Assembly: GCA_964016885.1 (NCBI GenBank)
Contig: OZ024742.1
Location: 20,770,001 to 20,834,000, forward strand
Reading direction: 5' to 3'
Origin: Eledone cirrhosa
Taxonomy: Eukaryota
DNA: 64,000 nt
Numbering within the stretch: position 1 is the first letter of the stretch; each line of letters starts with the position of its first letter. Positions 40,566 through 54,210 of the stretch are shown one piece after another. A program made the translations under genes and the position numbers. Under the pieces are notes generated by a model. That model did not search any database, was not told the DNA's origin, and was given only the letters and a program-made list of their open reading frames with translations.

Positions 40566-41015
40566 CAATCAAACAAACAGGCAATTGATGTCTGAGAAGA
40601 AAAATGACAGCGACACTGTTGGAGAAATATTATGAGTATATTAGAATATATTATCACTATATTTTGTCTTCTCTGTCACAACATAGATTTTCAATTATCC
40701 TGTTTATTTAAAGCCCTACAATCGACGTATATAATAGCAGTGTCAATTGTAAAATAGTGCTTTATCATAAAATACTGAAATCAAAACACAATGAAATCAA
40801 AACCAATAACTGTCAATTTAATTGTAATTCATATTAATATAAATTAATTATAAATCATAATAAAATAAATATCATGACAGACCCTGTCTCTGAAATTACC
40901 GTAAATAACATATCAACTGATTAACTGATCGTTTCCTGATTATTCCTCTTTTATTTTTAATTCGAACGACCAAAGTGTCTTGATATTCGTATCTCTGGCC
41001 CATGGCTGGAATATA

Positions 41016-41113
41016 CAGGGTGTCACCCCAATATATATACACATTCAACATCATTCTAATAAATATTGCTTGTACAGGTAATCAAAACGGGTGTACATTT
41101 TTAGGACACCCTG
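41016..41113. mobile_element. Tc1/mariner-type MITE (98 bp)
   Basis: TA|cagggtgtc ... gacaccctg|TA. Confidence 0.8.
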
Positions 41114-42253
41114 TATATATTTTGACAAGATAAGACATAGACTATTAAATTGGAACCCAGTATGTAACTGGTACTTACTTTAAAAAATTCAACAAGGAAA
41201 GGTAACATTGAAAAAGGATAATATGAAATTTCACAAATAAAACAAGAGTCGACCCTAGGCTGAGATGAGGTAAATGACACATGCTGAAACGTTATACGGA
41301 GTAGGATTGACCCGTGACTTAATGACTTTTTAACCATTCGGCCAGGCTAACTAGACACATATGTGGAATCTCGCAAGTCTCAAGTCTGTCTCAAGCCCGA
41401 GAATCATCAGTCCGGTGCTTATCCATGTTTCATTGGCGTGAAGCGATTGAGGATACAAGACTTCACCCTGGACTGGGCGCCAGTATTGCTGGTAATTCAT
41501 TTTCAGCTGAGTATACAGGAGCAACGTGACAGGAAGTGTTTTGCTCAAGAACACAACATACAGTCCAGCCCAAGAATCGAAACCATGACATTATGATCGC
41601 AAGTCCAACACTCGTACTGTAAGCCAGGCACCTCCAAAATGTGGAGTCGACATAGGAAAAGACAGGAAAAGCTGGTGAATGATGTATTTATTTACTGCAA
41701 ACATTTTGTTATATGTGTGGACAGGATTCAACACTTCTTTACACCTATATGTTGCGTAACTATTCCAGAAATGTTCATATATTAGTTGTTATAAGCGAAT
41801 GACAAGGAGTTCTACAACCAGACGAGGCCATTGGGCCAACTATTTGGTGGTATTTATACATTTGCTGGTTGTAGGAAAGGCTGGTGATTGGGATGGGTGG
41901 AGGTCAATGGTTGATGGGTTTAAAGAAAAGGGATTCTTTAAAAACTATATTTAGAGAAACAAAGGCAGAAAAAAATTCAAGCTAAGTACCTATATATAAA
42001 CTCGAATATACTGAGAGGCACTCCTAATTTTTAAGGTTCATTTATTCCAAGCAAACAAAGACTATTCATTGGTGAGGTCTGCAAACAGGGTCAGGTGTCT
42101 ACAATCACTCTCACACATATACACACACCCACGCACATGAACACACATACTGAGGTATCTCTTTTACTCTTTTACCTGTTCCAGCCATCCGGCTGAGGCT
42201 ATGCTGGGGCACCGCCCTTGTACACGCACCTACCCTCACACTCAGGTATGTAT

Positions 42254-42317
<64 letters not shown>

Positions 42318-42929
42318 TTATATACCCGAGGAAGTCGCCTTGTCTTGCATCATAATCGGATGATAGACCTGTGCCAACGAAACATGTATTTTCTGCGGGA
42401 TTAAAATATTCCGAACTAAATGTTCCAGTCGGCGTTCTGCAGTTGTTTTTATTAGAAATTTACTCCCTTCCTGCACCAACCACTGGATGATTTGTATAAT
42501 GTTCGATGCTTTAATTAATTTGTTGCATCATGCTTTACCAACCAGAACCACCAGTTCAACCCATTGGTAAGCAATCTAACAAAAATGATATATATGTACA
42601 TATATATAAATATTGATGTATATTATATATATATGAACTCATTTACAGTAACTTTATGTATAATAAACATCATATACTTACTGAATATGCTTTGATACAT
42701 GTCCCTATATATATCACGTTCTGGTGATGCGACAAGTAATACACGCCCCCCCCCCCCTACACACACACACACAGACACACATATATATATAAAGAGAGCC
42801 GGCTATAAATGTACATCCTCTATTTCTTATATAAGTATATATATATATATCATAGATTGAGTTAGAAACTCAAAATAGTCTATTACAATTAAATAGCTCA
42901 AAGAAGGGAATCTTTCCGAGCTGTGTAAT

Positions 42930-43219
42930 ATAACTGGATATATGAGAGGGATGAACACAGATATAAGTATACATGTGTTCCAATTGCAAATGAAAAATAC
43001 TAATGTAAAACAATATGGTCTGCCTGACACGATTTAGCAAAATAAATCAATAAAAATAACAAACCTACACGGGCAAATAGGCTATGATACCCGGACAAAC
43101 ATGAATCTGTTTCGCAAACCATATTGTTTTAAATTAGTATTTTTCAACCTAGCTAATTTTGTCATTTGCAATTGGAACACAGGTATGGTTATATCTGCGT
43201 TCATTCCTCTCATATATCC

Positions 43220-43226
<7 letters not shown>
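42930..43226. repeat. Diverged fold-back (~100-bp arms) next to (TA)n
   Basis: ggatatatgagagggatgaac..tgtgttccaattgcaaatga versus tcatttgcaattggaacaca..gttcattcctctcatatatcca. Confidence 0.8.
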
Positions 43227-43274
<48 letters not shown>

Positions 43275-43281
<7 letters not shown>

Positions 43282-45795
43282 ATACTTGGGGAGGGTCATA
43301 TTTGCGTAATATTGCCAGAATTAATAACAGAACACACTCACTGTTTGGTTGATTTTCGCTTCTCGCTGTCTTTTATATCTGCGATCTAACTTACTCGGTC
43401 CTCAATGTTGCCATTGACTGACCGACGGTCAAAAATAATACAGATACAATATAGACACAAACACATATATATAGTTTACATAATTTACATAAATCTTTCG
43501 TTGCACATCTGCAACATCGTCAGTGGTGTTATATTCTTTTTTTCCTCCTGTTGTGTTGTATGTCTACGCCATTTTTTATTCAGTCTGTCTATTTTGCTGT
43601 GAAAAGATGTGTGGAGATGATCATTGAGAGTGAGGTGGAGTTCTGCGACGTCGACACAGACGAACTGTGCCTCCTACTTAGACTTACCTACGACACTGAC
43701 TACCTAGACAGCCATGACCTTAGATGTTTCTGCCCTAGTAGACCTATAAGAGGTAGACCTCCCACCATAACCTCAATGGCAAAAAAGACTCCCATAGGAA
43801 GGTGGATTGGGTGGACCAAAGCTATACGGAACCCCCAAAACACTGATCAGGTAAGAAAAGTGGTCGCACATGCAATAGGGGCTAGTATCAAAACTACCCT
43901 AAAGGGCCACATATTTAAGTTCAATGAGAAAATCTACACCCAAAATGAGGGAGCAGCCATCGGCGTCAGCATAGCTGGTGATGTTGCCAACCTTTTCATG
44001 GTATGGTGGGAAAGGAGACTTAAAGATCTCCTTAATGAAAGCTCCATAGATCTCATCATGTACTCTCGTTATGTAGACGATATCAATATAGTTATAAGAA
44101 CACCCCCACTAGAGAGCACTAACAAGTTTGATTTAGTACGTAGCACGATGGAAAGCATCCAGCAGATAGCTAATTCCATACACCAGAGTATAACTGTAAC
44201 TATCGACTTCCCTTCCAAACACCCTAACAATAGACTACCTGTATTAGACACAGAACTCTGGATTAACACTATAAAGAGAGAGCCCAAATTCTCCACTCAC
44301 ACTATGCTAAACCCATGGCCTCCAAATACCTGATACTCAAAAACTCAGCAATGTCCAGTAGTGCTAAGTTTAATATTCTGATCGCAGATTTGGTACGAGT
44401 GATGAAGAATGTGTCCAGCATGTGCGACCAACAGAAATGGAAAGACACATCCAACACTTCATCAACCGCATACAGTTCTCTGGCTACAACCAAAGAGACA
44501 GAGTCAGAGTATACGAAGGAGCCATGGAAAAGTATAAGACCCTCATAGAACTGGACATGAAAGGAATTTGCCCACTATACAGGAGCAAATCATGGAATAG
44601 CTTAGATAGGGCTAGACATAAGATAGGGAAGGCCACATCATGGTACGACAACCAGAGATATCAGAGTGCCATGTTTGTGGACGCCACCCCTGGAGGGAAA
44701 TTAGCTAACCAGTGTAGAAAAGCCCTGAGAAAGACCCACTTAAAAATAAAGGTGGTAGAAAAGCCAGGAACCACCATAAAATCCTTGATCAGCAAAACCT
44801 ATCCTTTTAAGAAAGCCCACTGTACCAATAGGAAATGTATCATATGTAAGGTGAACCCCCGGATAAACTGTAAAACTAGAAACGTAGTCTATAGCATAAG
44901 ATGTACAGAGGGTACTTGCAGAAACATGACAACAACATACATAGGTGAGACAGCTCGTAGCATAGGTGAAAGGATAGACCAACACTGGGGGGAACTAAAA
45001 GGACGAAAAAACGGGTCAGTACTATACGAACATGCTAGACAACAACATGACGGTAACATAGACAACATAGAAATTAGAATAATATCTAAACATAGGAATG
45101 ACCCAGCAGATAGGCAAATCAGAGAGGCCAGTGAAATAGAAATTAGAAGACCAAAGCTAAACAGAAAGAATGAGTGGAACAACAACAACACCCAAACAAG
45201 CAACACTGACCTAAGAGAAGTATAAATAAGTAAATAAAATAAAATAAAATAAGATAAATAAATACATACACAAGTACAATAACAACAAGCACATACACAC
45301 ACACTAGTCACCCAACAGACACAACACTATACACACTAGTCACACAGCACACATAACACTATACACACACGCAAACGCATGTGCAAAGAAGACAAAATAA
45401 AATAAACAAACAAGCAAATAAATAAATAAATATATAGACAGACTGAATAAAAAATGGCGTAGACATACAACACAACAGGAGGAAAAAAAAAGAATATAAC
45501 ACCACCACGATGTTGCAGATGTGCAACGAAAGATTTATGTAACTTATGTAAACTATATATATGTGTTTGTGTCTATATTGTATCTGTATTATTTTTGACC
45601 GTCGGTCAGTCAATGGCAACATTGAGGACCGAGTAAGTTAGATCGCAGATATAAAAGACAGCGAGAAGCGAAAACCAACCAAACAGTGAGTGTGTTCTGT
45701 TATTAATTCTGGCAATATTACGCAAATATGACCCTCCCCAAGTATAACAATATCTGTTTCGACACACGATTTCATATAAAAAACCTCGCTAAACT
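43275..45795 (+). mobile_element. Penelope-like element, Naiad-type, 5'-truncated with inverted pseudo-LTR, in (TA)n
   Basis: 43275-43592 is the reverse complement of 45434-45752. The RT and GIY-YIG ORF lies between them, with (TA)n on both sides. Confidence 0.92.
43593..45225 (+). pseudogene. PLE RT + Cx4Cx2C linker + GIY-YIG endonuclease, about two frameshifts
   Basis: YTQNEGAAIGVSIAGDVANLFM, YSRYVDDI, LPVLD, FVDATPGG, CTNRKCIIC..C, VVYSIRC..C..YIGETARS..ERIDQH..H...H, RQIREA and LNRKNEW. Confidence 0.92.
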
Positions 45796-46118
45796 ATATA
45801 TATATATATATATATATAGATATATATATACATACTGACACAAACAGGAAGAGGTTGTGGAAAAGTTATATAATATTTTATTATCTCTATGTCTATCTAG
45901 TTATACACTGTTGATATATATTACAATATATGTGTTTGTCAGAAATATTTTGCGGTGCAGTATATCATTTCTGAAAGAAAGAAAATATATATATATTACA
46001 AAATATTTGTATAACTAAAATTATGTTTGCCAAGTTGAAGAAGAAAGTTAACAAATTCGATTATATGGTTGATTCTGAAGTTTGGAAATAATTCATTTCA
46101 GCTATTATTATTATTGAG

Positions 46119-46188
46119 TTGTAACATAAATTCCCGCCGTTGCTATCCGACTTTTTAATAAAACAACGGCGGGAATTAATGTTACAAT
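46119..46188. repeat. Short hairpin, ~25-bp arms
   Basis: ttgtaacataaattcccgccgttg / caacggcgggaattaatgttacaa. Confidence 0.8.
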
Positions 46189-46609
46189 CATTTTCTAAGT
46201 CAGGTTTGAATCAAATGAACAAAATATATTTCCTGGTCTTCCTTCTCTTTGATTCAATGGACGAAGTTCAGTATAGTTTTAGTAGATATATATGACAATG
46301 GTTTGATTTGTTCCTTTTTCCGGAAATTAATACTTTTGGCTCTCTCTAGGCACCAGTTAGACAAGGTTATTTACTAAAGCAACAGTAATACTTATATTTG
46401 CCTTATATCCCTACAACCCACTCTGTTTGTCAATAATGATGTGAATATTAATGACATGAATTGGTTTGTTTGGGATTTGGAATATCTAATAATAAATATT
46501 GAGATTATGCGTAAAAGTATAGGCGCACTTTTGTGTGTAAGAGTGTGGGAGAGATTGCGAGTAGTGTGTATGTGTGTGTGTAGAGAGAGACAGATAGACA
46601 GATAGAGAT

Positions 46610-46687
<78 letters not shown>

Positions 46688-46782
46688 TGAGAGAGAGAGA
46701 GAGAGAAGTAGAGGGATATATATATATATATACAATATAAACATATATATGTAAAAGGTAAACAGAAATAACAAAACAGACG

Positions 46783-46842
<60 letters not shown>

Positions 46843-46847
46843 AGAGA

Positions 46848-46890
<43 letters not shown>

Positions 46891-46913
46891 AGAGAGAGAG
46901 AAAAGAGAGACAA

Positions 46914-47008
<95 letters not shown>

Positions 47009-47185
47009 GAGATTATGCGCAACGTATTTATATCGAGAAACCATATATTGAAATAAATAAACATTTTAGTAATATTGTTTGTTGATATTGAGTCGAGTCG
47101 TTGCCATATTACATATATACCAAGGGCGTTGCTTATTTTCCGATATATATACACATACATAAAAAATATATATATACATGTATGT

Positions 47186-47514
47186 ATATTCAATGATATT
47201 AAGTAAATAGAAACTATATTTATAAAACCATATTTATTCTATTATATATATTTCAAAGGTACCAAAACTTTGATACGCTATCATCAGATAAAATACGAAG
47301 TGTGCTTTATACATTTTAATATAACCAAGGAAAATACCTTAACGGTTCAAGTTTTCCATAAGCTATTTTACTTGGTTATGTCAAAATTTATAAAGCACAC
47401 TTTGTATTTTATCTGATGATAGCGTACCAAAGTTTTGGTACCTTTGGAATATATATAATAGAATAAATATGGTTTTATAAATATAGTTTCCATTTATTTA
47501 ATATCATTGAATAT
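47186..47514. mobile_element. PLE-terminus fold-back (~155-bp arms) with an HHR motif in each arm
   Basis: Arms 47186-47340 and 47360-47514, homologous to 38770-38885. The minus-arm HHR (47235-47295) keeps GAAA; the plus-arm copy reads GGAA. Confidence 0.8.
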
Positions 47515-49829
47515 TATAGTCCAGAAAACTTGTCGAGTGCTCTGAATCAGTTATAAACATTTATATTTGTTGAATTACCGACAAATTGAATACCCCTTCT
47601 GCTTACATGAATATATATATATATTTTTTCCTCCGTGTATGGACACAAATAAATAACCTTAACCCTTACCCATACAATATGAAAAAGTATACAGAAAAAG
47701 AAACCAGCATTGGAAAGGACTATAAATGCCATATGTGAAAGGAAAAGGAGAGAAGGAGCAAGGACTAATAGATAAAGGAATAAAGAAAGGGGAAATGGAG
47801 AGGGTGACAGACGCTACACCTAGGTTAGAGTGGTGTTTCGGGTGCACTCTGTGGACAAATCAGCAAAGACACTTCGGCGGACAATATAAAAATATATAAC
47901 TGCAACTTTGTAACAACTTGAGAAAACTTAAAAAATAACCATTTCACATTAATTATTCCTATTCCTCCGTTCAATAAACACGACTCCAAACATCTAAGAA
48001 TATAGGTATAACTTTAAAATTAGTAAAATCAGAAAATCGTAAACAACAGTAGACTGTAAACAAAATTAAGTTGAATAAATAGCCGTTGGAAGACTTCGCG
48101 TTTCAATATTAATTATTATAACACCCCTGGTTAGCAGTTCTATAATTACACTTGGTTATTCAGTCGATACATTCAATAATTAAAAAAGAATCAGTTTCTT
48201 TCAACATTTTATACCCGCAGGCGAAATGTATCAAGTGATATTTCTTGTAAGAGATATCAACTTAAGCTACAACAAACATAAATTGAGACAGTTGATTAAT
48301 AAGACAGGTTAGGTGATTCGTCTCACTTGCGATTTATCCTTCATATGTCGGTGGGAAAATATCTTAATGACAAAACCACAGTCGAAAGAAGACAATGGGA
48401 GAGGGTAGGCGCGAGGGCCCTTATTTGCTCATAATTGTTTCTACTTTAGGCACAAGGCCAGCAATTACCCAGTACATCACTGGTACTTTATTTTATCGAC
48501 CCGGTCAGGACGAAAGGCAAAGTTAACCACGGCGGGATTTGAACTCAGATTGTAAAGGGACGTAACTATGCTAGAAAGCATGGCGTCCAACCCTCTACCG
48601 ATATTGTCAAGGAGACCAGGAGAGACGGAGACAACGACAATGGGAATTTGGTTCCAGTGTATTCGGTCCTGGTGTATATATATATATTTATTTACCACAC
48701 CATATTAATATTTATATTTGTGTAGGTTCGAATATTACACACAGACCAGACAATATCTTACCATCCTCCTGGAAAACACCTTCTCCATTCTGTCCACCGG
48801 GGCTGTAGGGAGGGCAGCACGTGGGACCCCATTTGCTCACAATACAGAGAGTTGGGGAGGGCGAGAGAGATGGAGCCGATGACAGTGGGAGTTGGCTCTT
48901 CCACGTTCGGACCATATCCTTGTGGCTGTATTCATTATCAATAGAGTTCATTCTATTATTCAATTGTAAGTATTCACTGTTACAGCTAAACACATGGTGC
49001 ATATATAGGGAAAGTGTTGTTTTTCTAGAAAATTATGATTACTAACATAGAAACCTAGCCGTCGATAATCAGTAATATCTCGCCTAATACTTGACTAGTA
49101 CTTATTTTATCCGTCTCAACTGGATGAAGAACAATATTAATGCTGGTACAGTTTGAATTCAGAACTTAAAAGCATCTTATCCAGACATGTATGTAAATTA
49201 TACTAGTCTAAAATTAAAATGAAAAAACTAGATCGCTAAATAAGGTGAAATTAGAACGTGAAATTACATAAGTTAGCAGCAGAATGGATTTCAAGCATTC
49301 TTCTTCTATAGCTGATATCCACCACCTCCACTTATTAGAAATTGTTTATATTTGGATAGTTCCTTTAATGTTTTCATTAATCATTTCTGATATAGGTCGA
49401 TATCAGATTTCAGAGAGAGAACCCCAGTTTTATATCGCTGATATATCATTATAAATCTAAATCTTTTGAATAGCAACGGAACAAGTTAAGTGGAAAGAAT
49501 TAGACAGTTTAATTATTAAATTTATTCGTCTGTAACGCTTTTCAGACTCCTTGTCTTTGTTCCACCTGTTTCACACTTGGAACAAAGACACGACCAAGAT
49601 TTTGTCAGTTCCTTCTTATAACATCGCAGTTAAAATTGTTTTGTGTATCCGCTGAGTGGAATATCAAAATAAATCTTGTAATGTTTTATCCGTTTCACGT
49701 CACCGCTTTCACGTAGCATTTATAATTGTAATAGAATTTCACGCTTAAAATCTTCCCCCTACATGAAATTTACAGAATCTATGACATTATGTATAAGGAT
49801 GACGATGGTGTGGATAATAAAGATAAATA

Positions 49830-49837
49830 TGATGATA

Positions 49838-49897
<60 letters not shown>

Positions 49898-49969
49898 ATA
49901 TTAATAATAATGATAATAATAATAATAAAAATTATTATTATTATTATTTATTTTTATTAATGATAATGA

Positions 49970-50031
<62 letters not shown>

Positions 50032-50078
50032 AGAAGAAGAAGAAGAAGAAGAAGAAGAAGAAGAAGAAGAAGAAGAAA
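49830..50078. repeat. Compound (GAT)n-(AAT)n-(AAG)n microsatellite
   Basis: Directly visible. Confidence 0.95.
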
Positions 50079-50559
50079 AATGAAATATATTTAAAATTAT
50101 TAATAAAAAAGGAAAAAATCTTCCTCGATAAAATTAGAGTTAGATCGATAGTTGATCAATATTCTTAAAAATAGTTGTGTTTAGTTGGTAACATAAATAA
50201 TGATTAACATATAATTACAACCAGTGAAAATAGATCATCAGTTTGTATTTGTTTTTAATTCCTCTCCAATTAGGATTTGATTATTAGCATCTAGTAAAAT
50301 AAAGACTGAAGTAGAAAATATATATATATAGGTGTGTGTCTGTGTGCGTGCGCGCGCGTGTGTGTATGTGTGTGTGTGCGCGTATACGTACGCATACGTA
50401 GATATGTATGTATATCTAGTTACAAATCATAAAGACTAGCACACAGATACAATTATACAAAATATTATTTGTTTGTTGATTATTGGAGTATTTTATTACA
50501 ATATAGAGTCCATATAGCTTAAGAGTGTGACTGTTGTACTGGGTATTGAATTATATGTC

Positions 50560-51160
50560 AATATAGCTGGGGATGAAGTAGGAATAATTGGGTCATTCCT
50601 GTGACTATGGCCGCCATAGCGATCTGTTGCTGACATCACATGGAAAAGAAAAACCTTTGGTGCCGAGAACCAGCTCCGAAAAGTGGATACGTTAGGAGGT
50701 AGAGGGGTGAGAGGAAGTGTCTGAGGTCTTTAAGGCCCTGGTTATGAAGGATGCTTGTGTAGTTCGACATTATGTCAATCGTGAATAGTTGGGAGAGAGT
50801 CAGGTGGGATGTCAAAATGGTGGAGTTTATGGTTTGTGTCAGAGATACGGGAGTGGTAAGCAGCAATTAATAAGGTAGGGCTAATTCTAGTGGAGATGAT
50901 AGGTCGGCCAATGCTGTTGAGATTGTGTTTTGGTGAAGGAAGTAGATGGTTGTTGCGTGGGTTTGATAATGAGAAAGTTGGATGTGGTGAGGTTATAGAA
51001 GGGCGGGTTGTAGTGATGTCCCCCAAACCCTAACTTGATATCGGTGCACTTACGGCGCCACACTCACCTGCTGGGTTGATGACGATGGAAGGGAGATATT
51101 GCACTGTTGGAAGGTTTATAGAGGACGACATGGTTTAGTGCGTGATGTCAGCCATTGACA
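50560..51160 (-). mobile_element. Degenerate Penelope/Poseidon-type RT fragment
   Basis: Across frameshifts: GRPIIS..PT, ISDT, LFTIDIMSNYTSILHNQGLKDLRHFL and QQI.MA. Confidence 0.7.
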
Positions 51161-51457
51161 AATGTTTCTAAAGTACTGAATTGTCCTGGAGATGACTTAC
51201 AGTGAGACTGTCTCCAGCCCAGGTCCAAGAAACTCTCAGACTTGTTCATAGCCATGTACGATTATAGACACACATATGTATCCACTGTACACACATCGTT
51301 ATATTTTTCTGCAAATTTCTGTCAATCTCGAGTCTCGTATATTTTCCATTTTTGTTTACTTTGCTTTCAACCATTATTTTTTTTGTTTCTTTCCGTGTAT
51401 TTTTGTTTCGTTTTCACACACACACACGCGCGCACATACACACACACACGCACACAC

Positions 51458-51581
<124 letters not shown>

Positions 51582-52434
51582 GCGGTCTGCACAAAATATA
51601 ATTTAAATTATATTTTTCCTTAAATATATTTATATATTTTTTCGATTTTTTCTTAATCTTAATACACTGTATATCATTATACCAAAATATAATTTTGTAT
51701 AAATAAAACTCTGTAAATTATAGATATTAGCGTGTATAATATGATTTGAATAATATTTATTTTTATCTACTTTTGTAACAGCTCCATATCTATCTATTTA
51801 TGTCGCTCTTTCTTTCTTTCTCTCTCTTTCTCCCCCCCCCTCTCTCTCTCTATGTATATATACGTAAAGATGGACGCGGGCACATATATATACACTATCA
51901 CACAGTCGTCCATACATACCACAGACATTTGCATTTTTGATCAGATTACAATTGCAAATTATTGATCAGCCTATGGGAAGGCACATGCCCAAGGTGTCAC
52001 GTGGCAGGACTAAATCCATGACACCCACAATGCGAAGAGAAGTCCATAACTACATATTTAGTAGATATATTGTCTTCACTGCCGCTCAGAGCGAAAGAGG
52101 AAGATAGCAAGTATGGAAAATGAAATTATATACTAAGATAAGTAATAATATATATTTAACTATATATATATCTAATCAAAGAGTGATAAATATAATTAAT
52201 AATATACCGTTTTTAATTCGCCAAATATAATACTCTGAATTTGTTAGCTTTACTTGTATGATTTTGAGATAACGTTTGCTTTAGATCCCACAACTCAATA
52301 GAAGGTGTTTAGCTTTGATTAACTTCATATTCCAATAGTTTATTCAATAATATATTAGTAATTTGACAGTAATACATACACACACACGCGAACACGCACA
52401 TACGTGCACGCAAACACGCAAACACATACATGCA

Positions 52435-52491
<57 letters not shown>

Positions 52492-52594
52492 CTGTATTCA
52501 AATGTTACTAAGTAGTCGCATTGGATGGAGTCAACCGACGTCGGAGATTGCTCAACGTATAATAAAGTGTGTTTTAAAATCCGGAGAAAATATG

Positions 52595-53220
52595 AAGAAG
52601 AAGTTTATGAAACGGAAATGCGGGTATAAAGAATTTATTAGGTAACAATTGTTTCTATAGTGTATGGGTTACCTATACCTCGCTATTTGTATAATATAAA
52701 AATGTTATCATAAATCGTAGGTACACTGTAAGAAAACACACCATGTCGTCAGACCTTTGTAGTAGAATGATATGAAAATATTTTATACACTAGATATAAG
52801 AGAAAGAAGGAGGTAGGAAGGGAAGAGGAAGAGGGAAGCGAGTAAGGGGGAGGGAGTCTTAGGATTTAAGACTGTCAGAGTAGTAGAGATTATAAGGAGA
52901 AAATGTTTTGGCAGCAGTTAGCTTAATGAGGCGTGTTAGGGTTGGCGGGGGAAGTAAATTCTTCCTCCCCCTTACTCGCTTCCCTCTTCCTCTTCCCTTC
53001 CTACCTCCTTCTTTCTCTTATATCTAGTGTATAAAATATTTTCATATCATTCTACTACAAAGGTCTGACGACATGGTGTGTTTTCTTACTGTGTACCTAC
53101 GATTTATGATGATATTTTTATATTATACAAATAGTGAGGTATAGGTAACCCATACACTATAGAAACAATTGTTACCTAATAAATTCTTTATACCCGCATT
53201 TCCGTTTCATAAACTTCTTC

Positions 53221-53222
<2 letters not shown>
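52595..53222. repeat. Long fold-back, ~259-bp near-perfect arms, 110-bp spacer, between (TA)n runs
   Basis: 52595-52853 is the reverse complement of 52964-53222 with a few mismatches. Confidence 0.92.
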
Positions 53223-53251
<29 letters not shown>

Positions 53252-53252
53252 C

Positions 53253-53284
<32 letters not shown>

Positions 53285-53306
53285 GTATATATATTTTATA
53301 TATATA

Positions 53307-53399
<93 letters not shown>

Positions 53400-53578
53400 T
53401 AGCGAGGTTTTTTATATGAAATCGTGTGTCGAAACAGACTGTAGTTTTAAGTTTTTAACAGGTAAAAACATAAAACTAAAACTGAATACTAACCAATACT
53501 TAATACTAATTTATACTTATTCGTAATTAAACTATTTTTCACTGGAAAAAAATTATCAGCATTTTCTTTTCGTTTATA

Positions 53579-53607
<29 letters not shown>

Positions 53608-53612
<5 letters not shown>

Positions 53613-54210
53613 GGTTGGACGATCACTGATGAAGGACTAATTTTATTCATATGTAACCATGTGCAAACACGCAGCACGCCATTTTTCATATATTTATATT
53701 TTTTCCTCCGCTGCGACCTGTCTGTTTCTTTCTTACTGCTTCCCCTTTCTCTGTATCTCTCACCTTCTTTTTACCCCCTCTGCCAGTCACTCTCTCTCAG
53801 CTGGCCTCTTCCTCACCCTTTCACTCACTCAATCTCTGCTTCTCCCCTTTCTCACTTCCTCCCGTTTGACCTGTTTGAAATCCTTTTCTCGGTCAGATCT
53901 CGCCCAGGTCGGATGGTCTTTACCTCTCGTCTATGATTTCACCGAGCTTAAGTTCATAGATATCACGGACTTGTCTCTTCTCTTCCTCTCTTTCCGTTGC
54001 ATCACCATCTATGTTTGTTTACATATCCCGCTCGCTTCACCCTATTTTATGTGTCCCAATAACTGTCTTTAGTTATTGCTCGCACCAACCAGAGGTATAT
54101 GATCTTTAAAGCGAAGAAATACCAATGAAGGTTGGAAGATCACTGATGAAGGACTAATTTTATTCATATGTAACCCATGTGAAACCACACAGCACGCCAT
54201 TTTTCATATA
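53608..54210 (+). mobile_element. Probable PLE remnant bounded by ~85-bp direct repeats containing CTGATGA
   Basis: atgaaggttgga.gatcactgatgaaggactaattttattcatatgtaacc..cagcacgccatttttcatatat at 53608 and 54125; TA flanks. Confidence 0.6.

Noticed and set aside
42355-42395. HHR-like cggatga..cgaaacatgta (also ctgacga..gaaac at ~61436)
   Set aside because: The core or stem I is broken; at best decayed remnants.
44422-45225. Selenocysteine recoding, reported for some Naiad elements
   Set aside because: No in-frame TGA at the Cys positions; the breaks are frameshifts.
48605-48930. GC-richer segment as a solo LTR
   Set aside because: No partner LTR, TSD or internal domain visible.
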